From assembly GCA_002305995.1 (NCBI GenBank), contig DBRN01000011.1, positions 93,628 through 157,627 on the forward strand: a DNA stretch of 64,000 nt. Direction: 5' to 3'. This stretch comes from Atopobiaceae bacterium UBA1367. Its GTDB lineage: Bacteria; Actinomycetota; Coriobacteriia; Coriobacteriales; Atopobiaceae. The notes under the pieces are model-generated. The model saw nothing but the letters and a program-made list of their open reading frames with translations. It did not search any database and was not told where the DNA came from. Within the stretch, counting starts at the first letter, position 1, and each line of letters opens with the position of its first letter. The translations under genes and the position numbers were made by a program. Positions 29,147 through 37,925 of this stretch are shown one piece after another.

Positions 29147-29935
29147 TTGGGCTTCTTCGAGTTCCTCTTTGGTCTCATCGTCTTCTCGACGCTCCTGTCG
29201 CTGAGCCTGACCTTTTTGCTGGGCCGTGCCGCCTGGCGCGGTGGCAGGCGCCTGCTGGACTGGGCCCGCGAGCGCAAGGCGCTGCCCGGTGTCCCCCAGA
29301 ACCCGAGCACGGAGGCCCAGGATGTGGTGGTCGAGCGGGAGGACGGCCTTCGGCGGCAGTCTCGCCCGCGCCATGCCGACTACGTGAGGCTGAGCGTCGA
29401 CTCGGGCACCACGGCGGCCGATGTCGCCAAGGTGATGCGTGGCTATGTGGGCGATCCTGCCATGGGACCATACGCCCAGGCGGTCATCGACACCCTCGAC
29501 AGCGCCGCCCTGCGCAGGGAGAGCCTCTTTGCCGAGCTCGACGGCACCTTCCAGCGGGGGACGATCAGCTGGGACAAGTTCGCCACGCCCTCGCATGCCG
29601 CGCTCGACGCCATCCTGCGCAACTCGGCGCTGCTCGCCAACCGCATCCAGTCGTTTGACACGGCCAGCTACCTGCGCCTCAAGGAGGGCATGGGCACGTC
29701 GTGGCGTCGCGGGACCAGCGACGACGGCGAGACGCGCGCCGAGCGCTGGGACGTCTTCAAGGAGACGTTGGCCTCGCTCGACACCGTGCAGGAGACGAAC
29801 GAGGGCCTGCTGCTGGAGCTCGACAAGCTTGCCACTGAGCTGAGCACCATAGGTGGTCCCGAGACGAACGGCAGGGGCGATTCCATCATCGGCGAGATCA
29901 GGCGTCTGGTCGAGGAGGCCAAGTACTACCGGTAG
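29147..29935 (+). CDS. hypothetical membrane-anchored protein
   Basis: 262-aa ORF with a TTG start and an N-terminal hydrophobic helix (FFEFLFGLIVFSTLLSLSLTFLL), followed by a helical, charged domain. No family was recognised with confidence. Confidence 0.6.
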   Translation: MGFFEFLFGLIVFSTLLSLSLTFLLGRAAWRGGRRLLDWARERKALPGVPQNPSTEAQDVVVEREDGLRRQSRPRHADYVRLSVDSGTTAADVAKVMRGYVGDPAMGPYAQAVIDTLDSAALRRESLFAELDGTFQRGTISWDKFATPSHAALDAILRNSALLANRIQSFDTASYLRLKEGMGTSWRRGTSDDGETRAERWDVFKETLASLDTVQETNEGLLLELDKLATELSTIGGPETNGRGDSIIGEIRRLVEEAKYYR

Positions 29936-29938
29936 GGC

Positions 29939-30029
29939 GCCAGCCCACGCGGGCGTCGACACCGGGAGGGTTGCGAGGTCCTCGTCGCCCGTCCAGTCGG
30001 CCAGCCCACGCGGGCGTCGACGCCGGCAG
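29939..30029 (+). repeat. ~30-nt direct repeat x2, 61-bp period, starting 3 nt after a stop codon
   Basis: GCCAGCCCACGCGGGCGTCGAC[A/G]CCGG[G/C]AG occurs at 29939 and 30000. Weaker GCCAGCCGAC.. copies occur at 30135 and 30199. Confidence 0.8.
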
Positions 30030-30272
30030 CACCCGGATCACACGTGGGCAAGATTCCCGGCGGCATCCTGGGCCGCGTCCGCCACCTGTGGTACGGCGTT
30101 CGTAGGGCTGACCAGGCGCCACCGTCGAGCAAGAGCCAGCCGACATCGGCACGCGTGCGCACGCGCGGCGCTTGTGTCGTGTTGTCACGTTTCGCCGTGC
30201 CAGCCGACGGTCGCACCGTCGGGCATGGTAGGGTAGGCAGCGAAACGACCCGCTTCCCGCAGAGGAGCCTCC

Positions 30273-31127
30273 GTGATACAGCTCGTGCTCACCGACCTCG
30301 ACGACACGCTCGTCTGCCATGGCCTCCCGCGCGCCACCGACCATGCCCTTGCCGGCATCCGGGCCCTGGTGGATGCCGGCCTGCACTTCGGGCCGGTCTC
30401 GGGACGCATCCCCAACGACATGGCGTGGATGTTCGACCACCAGAGGGAATGCTATGCGACGGGCGCGTTCTGCAATGGTCAGATGGTCTACGTCGATGGT
30501 GAGCTCGTGCACGCCGAGCCGCTCGACGGCGACGAGCTTAACCGGCTGGCCGAGTTTCTCACCAGCACGGGCAGGGGCATCCTCACGATGTTCGACGTCT
30601 GGAAGGGCGACATCAAGACTGCCGGCTACTTCGTGACGCCCGATGCCGCACATGCCGAGCGCATGCTCGCGCGGTTTGGCGCCGCCAAGCGCTGGGTTAG
30701 GCGCCTTGACGAGCCCAGCTACCTCAAGGCGAACATCCACGTGGACGGTACGCGTGAGGAGCAGGCCGAGGTTCGCGACTGGCTGCGCGACGAGTTCCCC
30801 AGCATGGACTTCGTGTTCCCCAGCAACCAGGCGCCGCTGCTCGACATCTCACCACATGGCTGGAACAAGGGCAGCGCGGTGGAGGTGCTGGTGCGCGAGC
30901 TGGGCATCACGCTCGACGAGGTGGCGGCCTTTGGCGACTCCGAGAACGACCTCGCGATGATCAGGGTGGTTCCCAATGCGGTGGCGGTCGCCAACGCGAA
31001 CGAGCAGATCAGGAAGGCGGCCCGCTGGCAGATCGGGGCGAGTGCCGACGATGCGGTGGCCGATGCCCTCTTTGCCATCGCTGAGGCGACGCGGGCGGGG
31101 GAGATGCCCTCGTTCATGCAGGCATAG
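30273..31127 (+). CDS. Cof-type HAD-IIB phosphatase
   Basis: LVLTDLDDTL (motif I), GPVSGR and AFGDSENDLAM (motif IV). GTG start preceded by GAGGAG. Confidence 0.85.
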   Translation: MIQLVLTDLDDTLVCHGLPRATDHALAGIRALVDAGLHFGPVSGRIPNDMAWMFDHQRECYATGAFCNGQMVYVDGELVHAEPLDGDELNRLAEFLTSTGRGILTMFDVWKGDIKTAGYFVTPDAAHAERMLARFGAAKRWVRRLDEPSYLKANIHVDGTREEQAEVRDWLRDEFPSMDFVFPSNQAPLLDISPHGWNKGSAVEVLVRELGITLDEVAAFGDSENDLAMIRVVPNAVAVANANEQIRKAARWQIGASADDAVADALFAIAEATRAGEMPSFMQA

Positions 31128-31248
31128 GCCCTCGGCACAACGGGACGCAGGCCCTTGGCGCAACGGACGGCGAGGGGTGCCGGGAGGTCTCGTCAATGTG
31201 GGCGTAGGTGTGGCGACCATTGCGCAGGAAGATTGGAGACAGGCGTTC

Positions 31249-31761
31249 ATGAGCGAGGAGAAGAGGCTCCCACGAGGCAGGCGCATGCTGCTGGCACTGA
31301 TCACGGCACTGGTCGTGAGCGTGGCGTTCGTGGGCATGACCATGGCGCGCAACAACTACGCCTCGTGGAACTGGGAGTTCTTTGCATGTGAGACCGGCGT
31401 GGCGGTGATCGCTGCGACATGTGGGTATCTCTGTGGATCCATGGACGAGCGCGGCGTGCGTTGGGCGGACGGCTACCTGGCATCCGACAACGGTGCGCTG
31501 CGCATCCTCCTGAGCAACCTCGTTCCCGCTGGGTTCTGTGCCGTGCTCATGACGCTGGCCCTCGCCGTGCTCAACGTCGCCTATGTGTCCACGGCCCTCT
31601 TCCATGAGGAGCCGTTGGGCATCCCCATGGGCATCCTCATGCGCTTTCTGGCCGACATACCCACCTGCCTCGTTCTTTGCCTGGCAGTGCGCCTAGCTGC
31701 GCTCGGCATTGTCAACAGGCACGCGAGGGGGTTGGAAGCCAAAGAGACGACGCGCCAATAG
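31249..31761 (+). CDS. hypothetical integral membrane protein
   Basis: About 170 aa from MSEEKRLPRG, with four predicted hydrophobic segments. The upstream part of the track ORF (from 30976) overlaps the preceding gene. Confidence 0.55.
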   Translation: MSEEKRLPRGRRMLLALITALVVSVAFVGMTMARNNYASWNWEFFACETGVAVIAATCGYLCGSMDERGVRWADGYLASDNGALRILLSNLVPAGFCAVLMTLALAVLNVAYVSTALFHEEPLGIPMGILMRFLADIPTCLVLCLAVRLAALGIVNRHARGLEAKETTRQ

Positions 31762-31999
31762 GGGGGATGCGCGTCGTCTCGAAGTGGGACTATGCCCGCA
31801 CTCCTTCCTGAGGGGGAGAGGGTCCCTCTGAAGAAGTTAACTATAGTTTACTATTTCTCCCACAGAATGCAAGAGCGTATGTAGGAAATCTGACAGGTCG
31901 TATCGAGGGGCACTGAAGGGGCGCGTAGGGCCAAGCGATGAGGGCTGCTCCATGGCCATCGCGTGAGGAGGCCCATCCTGTGATGGACTGAGACCCGCA

Positions 32000-32526
32000 T
32001 CGGACAGGAAATCGGGAAGCTGTGCGAAGTTGGGATGTGCGCCGGAAAGGGAAATGCCGACCTGTGCAGGGCCGGGGCCAAGGGCGGAAAGGAAAAGCCG
32101 GAGTTGTGCGAGGCCGGCCCCCCAGCCGGAAAGGGAAATCCCAAGTTGTGCGAGACGATGCTCAGCCTTGGAAAGAAAAATCCCAAGTTGTGCGGGGCCG
32201 GGGCCAGGGGCGGAAAGGTTTTCCTCGACTTTTGACCCCAGAGGGATCGCACAACTCAGGGTTTTCCTTTCCGCCAGCGGTGTGTCGTCCGCACAACTCA
32301 CGGATTTCCTTTCCACCATGGACTCCGGCCTCGCACAACTCAGGGTTTCCCTTTCCAGCATAAGCCAAGGTCCTGCACAACTCCGGCTTTTCCTTTCCGC
32401 CATGGGCCACGGCACCGCACAACTCGGGCTTTTCCTTTCCACCAGCGGTGTGTCGTCCGCACAACTCCGGCTTTTCCTTTCCGCCATGGGCCCCGACACC
32501 GCACAACTCGGGCTTTTCCTTTCCGG
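32000..32526. repeat. head-to-head arrays of a 42-bp repeat (6 + 7 units), locus 1
   Basis: GGAAAGG-N8-GAGTTGTGCG cores start at 32002, 32044, 32086, 32128, 32170 and 32212. The reverse-complement units (CGCACAACTC-N8-CCTTTCC) have CCTTTCC at 32266, 32308, 32350, 32392, 32434, 32476 and 32518. All spacings are exactly 42 bp. Confidence 0.92.
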
Positions 32527-32731
32527 TGGGGAGGCACAGCCTCCACAGCATGGCCTACACACAACCCAAGCTCTTCCCCTCCATCGTCTCCCGGGCATCT
32601 GGTACGGCGCAGTGGCAGCTTCGGGAGTCACGGCCCGCATGCCCTGCCACCGAGACGGACAGCCCTGCGGCAGGGCCGAGCCGCCAGAGGTCCTCGACGT
32701 GGCCCGCCACCGGCTGATCCTGTCAGGTCGT

Positions 32732-33463
32732 TCAGAAGTCCCGAGACTCGTAGATGCGCTCGGACAGCAGCATCGAAGCGCCGTAGACGGCCAATGCCAC
32801 GACAAGCGCACCGGCCATCAGCGGCAGGGGGGAGCCCAGCGCCCCCACGACAGACGAGACCGTCCCTGCCACGGTGCGCACCACCTCCCGCACCACCTCC
32901 CGGACGGGTTCGATCACAAGGAGCGTGCATGCCAGGAAGGGCAGCATGAAGTAGACGCGTGCGCGCGAGAGCCCTGTCTTGAAGAGGAGGGGCATCTCGA
33001 TCGCGAGGTAGAGGATACAGACCACCAGCACCAGGCCACTCAGGAGCACAGCCTCCCCCACGGGGACGAGGCCCGGCTGCCCATGCAGCACCATCGCGGC
33101 GGCGGCCCTCACGCACATGCCCGTCAGATTTGCGAGGACCTCGAGCATCACCACCCAGAGCAGCTGGGTGGCGTAGCGGGAGCGCACCACCAGGGAGCGG
33201 GTTATGGGCAGCGAGAGACGAACGCCCTCCCACCCCTCGCGCTCGTCGTTGCCAAAGAAGGTGAGGCAACCGTAGAATGCGAGCATGGTCACACACGTTG
33301 ACACGATGGTGCTGTGCACGTTGGTGGCTAGTGCGGTGGCGTCAGGCGCCGCCTTCGCGACGTTGCCCATGACTGCGATCAAGGGAAATGTCGCAACAAG
33401 CAGGAGATACCCCTTGGCGGCGCCCTTGAGGGTGCACCAATCCGAATACAGCAGTGACCTCAT
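32732..33463 (-). CDS. ABC-2-type transporter permease
   Basis: 243-aa polytopic membrane ORF directly following, and abutting, the ABC ATPase gene. Confidence 0.72.
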   Translation of the reverse strand: MRSLLYSDWCTLKGAAKGYLLLVATFPLIAVMGNVAKAAPDATALATNVHSTIVSTCVTMLAFYGCLTFFGNDEREGWEGVRLSLPITRSLVVRSRYATQLLWVVMLEVLANLTGMCVRAAAAMVLHGQPGLVPVGEAVLLSGLVLVVCILYLAIEMPLLFKTGLSRARVYFMLPFLACTLLVIEPVREVVREVVRTVAGTVSSVVGALGSPLPLMAGALVVALAVYGASMLLSERIYESRDF

Positions 33464-34417
33464 CTACCTCACCTCGCCTTTCACGATGAAGGCCATGACA
33501 TCGTCGATGGTGGCGCGGTCGCACGCGAAGTCGGGGTACGCTCGCATGAAGGCTGCGCGCTGGGGCACCAGCAGCAGGCAGCTGAGGTCGCGGCGCAGGA
33601 CGCGCGCCTGCCCATCCCCCAAAAAGCCGTCGTCGAGCACCTGCTGCAGCTCGTGGCTGCGCAGGTTGGCGACGCCCATGACGTCGCGGATGGTGTCGCA
33701 CTCGCAGGCCAGCGCCACCGCACCCTGCTCTATCATCACCAGGTAGTCGGCCAGGTGCTCGAGGTCGGAGGTGATGTGGCTGGAGACGAACATGCTGCGG
33801 GCCTCGTCCTCCATCCAGGAGCGCAGCACGTCGAGCAGCTCCTCTCGCACGATGGGGTCGAGCCCTGCCGTGGGCTCGTCGAGGACGAGCAGGTCGGCAC
33901 CTGTGGCAAGTGCGCAGGCAAGCTGCAGCTTCATGCCCATGCCACGGGAGAGGTCGCTCACCTTGTGCCGGGGGACGTCGAGTTCCATGACGGCGCAGAG
34001 CCGATCGTACGCGGATCGGTCGAAGCGTGGGTAGGCAAGCTCGTACATGCGGCTGACCTCCCACACGCGCATGCCGGATGGGTAGCTAACGGTCGCGTTC
34101 ACGTAGGCGACGCGCTCGCGGAGGCGGATGAGCTCCTGGTTGCCCAGCGATGCGACGTCATGCCCGAATAGCTCGATGCGACCAGCGTCGGGCAGGGCCG
34201 CTCCCAGGATGATCTTCATGAGGGTGGTCTTGCCCGCGCCGTTGCGCCCCACGAGCCCCACGACCGACCCACGGGGCACGTCGAGCGCGACGTCGCGCAG
34301 GGAGAAGTCACCATATCGCTTGGTGACGCCCTGTACGCGCAGGTCGCAGGGGAAGGACGTACCAGCACGTTGGGCGGGACGCCCGCGATCGAGCCGATAC
34401 GGGCTGTAGGCGGTCAT
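33464..34417 (-). CDS. ABC transporter ATP-binding protein
   Basis: Walker A GRNGAGKTT, signature LSRGMGMKL, Walker B LLVLDEPTAGLD. ATGA overlap with the GntR gene. Confidence 0.92.
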   Translation of the reverse strand: MTAYSPYRLDRGRPAQRAGTSFPCDLRVQGVTKRYGDFSLRDVALDVPRGSVVGLVGRNGAGKTTLMKIILGAALPDAGRIELFGHDVASLGNQELIRLRERVAYVNATVSYPSGMRVWEVSRMYELAYPRFDRSAYDRLCAVMELDVPRHKVSDLSRGMGMKLQLACALATGADLLVLDEPTAGLDPIVREELLDVLRSWMEDEARSMFVSSHITSDLEHLADYLVMIEQGAVALACECDTIRDVMGVANLRSHELQQVLDDGFLGDGQARVLRRDLSCLLLVPQRAAFMRAYPDFACDRATIDDVMAFIVKGEVR

Positions 34418-34794
34418 TGCTCATCATCCTCCAATTGCAGATCGAGCATCTCGCGAAGCTCCTCGGCGGAGATGCCCGCCATGCGGGCGTCGGACACGGC
34501 TCGTGCGAGCGAGGCCTCCACCATGCGCAGGCGCTCCTCGCGCAACAGCTCGAGGTTGTCCCCTGCCACGAAGCATCCCTTGCCGGGGGCGGTGTGGATG
34601 AAGCCCTGAGCCTCGAGCTCCTGGTAGGCACGCTTGGTGGTGATGGCGCTGATGCGCAGCTGCGTGGCGAGGGCCCGGATGGAGGGGAGGCGATCCCCCT
34701 CCGCGAGCTGCCCACCCAGTACCTGAGCGCGGATCTGCGAGGCGATCTGCTCGTAGATGGGCTGGTCCGACGAATGTGACAAGACGAGCTCCAT
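34414..34794 (-). CDS. GntR-family (YtrA-subfamily) transcriptional regulator
   Basis: 126-aa ORF with a winged HTH (IYEQIASQIRAQVLGGQLAEGDRLPSIRALATQLRISAITTKRAYQELE) and the short C-terminus typical of YtrA-like regulators of ABC operons. Confidence 0.9.
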   Translation of the reverse strand: MELVLSHSSDQPIYEQIASQIRAQVLGGQLAEGDRLPSIRALATQLRISAITTKRAYQELEAQGFIHTAPGKGCFVAGDNLELLREERLRMVEASLARAVSDARMAGISAEELREMLDLQLEDDEQ

Positions 34795-34847
34795 GGCGTT
34801 CCCTTCGGGGTCGGACGATCTGTGCGAGATCGCCCTCTCTCGCTAAC

Positions 34848-34868
34848 TGTATATACCGTATATATACA
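34848..34868. promoter_or_regulatory. candidate operator/promoter palindrome of the GntR-ABC operon
   Basis: AT-rich near-palindrome TGTATATACCGTATATATACA lies 54-74 nt upstream of the GntR start, inside an otherwise GC-rich region. Confidence 0.4.
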
Positions 34869-35019
34869 CTAATGTCAAGAAGGTACGGGAAACCCTGTGA
34901 TGCCCGTCTCGCATGGAACAGGCGCCTTGTCCCATCCCTTCCTGTTTGCCCTTCCCACCCTCACACGGTATAGTGGGTCGAGCTTGCGTCAGACGTTTCC
35001 CAGCAGAAGGAGGTGCCCC

Positions 35020-35082
35020 ATGGATGCCGACAGTCGCAGATCCCGCACACCCATGGACATGGGGCACGTGCTCGCCTGGTAA
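35020..35082 (+). CDS. candidate 20-codon leader ORF in the mgtA 5' leader
   Basis: A strong SD (GAAGGAGGTG) is followed after 4 nt by ATG, giving MDADSRRSRTPMDMGHVLAW*. The ORF is enclosed by a long-range pairing between GCGTCAGACGTT (34986-34997) and AACGTCT..TGACGC (35081-35099). Confidence 0.3.
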   Translation: MDADSRRSRTPMDMGHVLAW

Positions 35083-35180
35083 CGTCTTCCGACTGACGCC
35101 ATCGCCCTCCATGCCCATGGTCCGTCCCGCATGCTGCCAAGCCTGGGCCCTATGCCTTGGCGTGAGAGGGGAGGGTCGCC

Positions 35181-37877
35181 ATGACCAAGACCACCCGCAA
35201 TCGCACGCGTCGCTCCAACCCAACGGGGGTCATGGAGCAGACCTGGCTTTCCTACATCGCGACGCTCGACGTCGCGGCTGCCTATGACGAGCTGCGCACG
35301 CGCCGCGCAGGTCTCTCGCCTGCCGAGGTGGAGGCGTCTCGTGAGGCGCATGGAGCCAACCTCATGGCCCAGGCACGGCGCACGCCGGCCGCCCTGCGCC
35401 TGCTGCGGGCTGTCGGCGACCCGTTCGTGCTCATCCTCCTGGCGTTGGGTGCCGTCTCGTTTGCCACCGATGTGGTCTTCGCCGCCCCGAGGGCGCGGGA
35501 CGCGGCGACGCCGCTGCTCATCGCCGCGATGGCGCTCGTCTCGGTGCTGCTGCGCCTTGTGCAGGAGACGCGGGGGGCCGATGCCGCCGCAGCGCTGGCC
35601 GAGACCATCGAGACCACCTGCTGTGTGGAGCGCATGGGCGTCGGCCGTGCCGAGATCCCGCTCGACGAGGTGGTGGTGGGCGATGTCGTGCACTTGGCCG
35701 CCGGCGACATCGTGCCGGCCGACCTGCGCATCGTTGCCGCACGCGACCTGTTCGTGGGCCAGTCGGCGCTCACCGGCGAGTCGGAGGCCGTGGAGAAGCT
35801 CCCCTCTCCCACCGACGGCCTCGTGTCGCCGCCCGAGGCGGCCAACCTCGCCTTCTTGGGCACGACGGTCATATCGGGCACGGGCGTGGGCGTGGCGGTG
35901 CGCGTGGGCAAGGACACCGAGCTGGGCAGCGTCGCCGCGCACCTCGGGTCGTCGGAGAAGCGGACCGCCTACGACCGTGGCATTCGCGACGTGTCGCTGC
36001 TGCTGGTGCGGCTCATGCTGGTGGTGGTGCCCATCGTGTTCGCCATCAACGTGGCGACCAAGGGCGACTGGCTCGACGCGCTGCTCTTCTCGCTCTCGGT
36101 GGCGGTGGGCCTCACGCCGGAGATGCTTCCCATGATCGTGACCACCTGTCTGGCCAAGGGTGCCGTCGACCTCAGTCGTGGCAGGGTGATCGTCAAGCGC
36201 CTGGATGCCATCCAGAACCTCGGCTCCATCGACGTCCTCTGCTGCGACAAGACCGGTACCCTCACCGAGGATCGCGTGGTGCTCGAGCGCCATCTCGACG
36301 TGATGGGACACGAGGACGTGCGCGTGCTGCACCACGCCTTCCTCAACAGCCATTTCGCGACGGGCATGCGCAACCTCATCGACACGGCCATCATCCGCTG
36401 TGCGCACGAGGAGATCGGCCTGGAGGACCAGGCGTTGGTGATGGACAACTTCCTCGTGGACGAGCTGCCCTTCGACTACGAGCGTCGGCGCGTGAGCGTG
36501 GTGGTGGGCGACGAGGACGGCCATACCCAGATGATCACCAAGGGTGCGCTCGAGGAGATGCTGTCCGTCTGCTCGCGCGTCGAGCTCGACGGCGAGACCC
36601 ACTCGCTGACCAGCGAGCTTGAGCAGGAGGTGCTGGATCGTGGTCGCTCCCTCTCCGACGATGGCATGCGCGTGCTGGGCGTGGCACGCAAGGACGAGCC
36701 GGCCGGCGTGGGAGAGCTGACGGTGGCGGACGAGTGCGACATGACGCTCATCGGCTATCTCGCCTTCCTCGACCCGCCCAAGGCCGATGCCGGTGCCGCC
36801 ATCGAGGCGCTGGCGGCACATGGCGTGGAGATCAAGGTGCTCACCGGCGATTCCACCCGGGTCGCCTGTCACGTGTGCGAGCGGCTGGGACTCGATGTGG
36901 GCGGCGTGCTGGAAGGCGCACAGGTCGAGGACCTGTCCGACGAGGCACTTCGCGCGGTCGTGAGGCAGACTACCGTGTACGCCAAGCTCTCGCCCGGCCA
37001 GAAGTCCCGTGTGGTGGCTGCGCTGCAGGTGGAGGGGTACGTGGTGGGGTTCATGGGCGATGGCGTCAACGACGCCGCGGCCATGCGCACGGCCGACTGC
37101 GGCCTCTCGGTCGACACCGGGGCCGACGTGGCCAAGGAGGCGGCGGACATCATTCTCCTGGAAAAGGACCTCATGGTGCTGGAGAGGGGCGTCGAGGGTG
37201 GTCGGCGCACCTTCGCCAACATGAACAAGTACGTGAAGATGACGGCGAGCTCGAACTTTGGCAACGTGTTCTCGGTGCTGGTGGCCAGTGCGTTCCTGCC
37301 ATTTCTGCCCATGACGGCGGTGCAGCTGCTCTTCCTCAACTTCGTGTACGACCTCACCTGCATCGCGATCCCCTGGGATGCGGTGGACGAGGAGGACCTG
37401 CGCAGCCCTCGTACGTGGGACGCCGAATCCCTCTCGGCGTTCATGCGCTGGATGGGGCCTGTCAGCTCGGTGTTCGACGTGGTGACCTTCGTGCTGCTGT
37501 TTGCGGTGGTGTGCCCGGCCGCGTGCGGTGGGGCCTGGGGCGACCTGCCCGCCGAGGCGCGGCTGCGCTTCGCGGCCACGTTCCAGGCGGGGTGGCTGCT
37601 AGAGAGCATGCTCACGCAGGTGCTGGCCGTGCACCTGCTGCGCACCGAGCGCATGCCCTTCGTGCGGAGCCGTGCGAGCTGGCAGATCTGCGTGCTGGGC
37701 GCGGCAGGCGTCGCGGTGGCCGCGCTCATGTGCCTGACGCCGATCGGCTACGTCATCGACCTCGAGGAGCTGCCGCTGGGCGCGGTGCTTGTGATCGCGC
37801 TGGTGGCGCTGGCGTACGCAGCCTGTGTGCTGCTCGTGCGCAGGGCGTACGTGGCGCGCCACGGCAGGCTGCTGTAG
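35181..37877 (+). CDS. mgtA: magnesium-translocating P-type ATPase
   Basis: 898-aa ORF with CCDKTGTLTED (phosphorylation site), TGES, MGDGVNDAAAM and an MgtA-like N-terminus and topology. Confidence 0.92.
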   Translation: MTKTTRNRTRRSNPTGVMEQTWLSYIATLDVAAAYDELRTRRAGLSPAEVEASREAHGANLMAQARRTPAALRLLRAVGDPFVLILLALGAVSFATDVVFAAPRARDAATPLLIAAMALVSVLLRLVQETRGADAAAALAETIETTCCVERMGVGRAEIPLDEVVVGDVVHLAAGDIVPADLRIVAARDLFVGQSALTGESEAVEKLPSPTDGLVSPPEAANLAFLGTTVISGTGVGVAVRVGKDTELGSVAAHLGSSEKRTAYDRGIRDVSLLLVRLMLVVVPIVFAINVATKGDWLDALLFSLSVAVGLTPEMLPMIVTTCLAKGAVDLSRGRVIVKRLDAIQNLGSIDVLCCDKTGTLTEDRVVLERHLDVMGHEDVRVLHHAFLNSHFATGMRNLIDTAIIRCAHEEIGLEDQALVMDNFLVDELPFDYERRRVSVVVGDEDGHTQMITKGALEEMLSVCSRVELDGETHSLTSELEQEVLDRGRSLSDDGMRVLGVARKDEPAGVGELTVADECDMTLIGYLAFLDPPKADAGAAIEALAAHGVEIKVLTGDSTRVACHVCERLGLDVGGVLEGAQVEDLSDEALRAVVRQTTVYAKLSPGQKSRVVAALQVEGYVVGFMGDGVNDAAAMRTADCGLSVDTGADVAKEAADIILLEKDLMVLERGVEGGRRTFANMNKYVKMTASSNFGNVFSVLVASAFLPFLPMTAVQLLFLNFVYDLTCIAIPWDAVDEEDLRSPRTWDAESLSAFMRWMGPVSSVFDVVTFVLLFAVVCPAACGGAWGDLPAEARLRFAATFQAGWLLESMLTQVLAVHLLRTERMPFVRSRASWQICVLGAAGVAVAALMCLTPIGYVIDLEELPLGAVLVIALVALAYAACVLLVRRAYVARHGRLL

Positions 37878-37925
37878 CTGCGTGGGCGAGGATGCCCTCT
37901 GGTTGGGGGAGGCCTGGCCCTCACC

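Noticed and set aside
32000-32526. The 42-bp arrays (here and at 58242-58720) considered as CRISPR arrays
   Set aside because: The variable part is only about 14-17 nt and is itself partly conserved and recurrent. The units are imperfect. Each locus switches orientation at its centre, which CRISPR arrays do not do. No cas genes or leader-like region are present in the window.
31837-33301. Long track ORFs running through the repeat array (32030-33301 plus strand, 423 aa; 31837-32811 minus strand, 324 aa; others) considered as repetitive proteins
   Set aside because: All frames on both strands are open simply because the 42-bp (14-codon) unit lacks stops. The two halves are reverse complements, so no single frame encodes a consistent repeat. 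The ORFs overlap the well-supported ABC permease gene, and no RBS or protein-like composition is seen.
34795-35180. M-box (ykoK) Mg2+ riboswitch upstream of mgtA
   Set aside because: I could not find the conserved M-box blocks (GUUAGGUGAGGC, GGGUCAACAG, GCUAAAGCUCUACG) on the sense strand. A leader-ORF/helix arrangement is reported instead. A covariance-model scan would be decisive.
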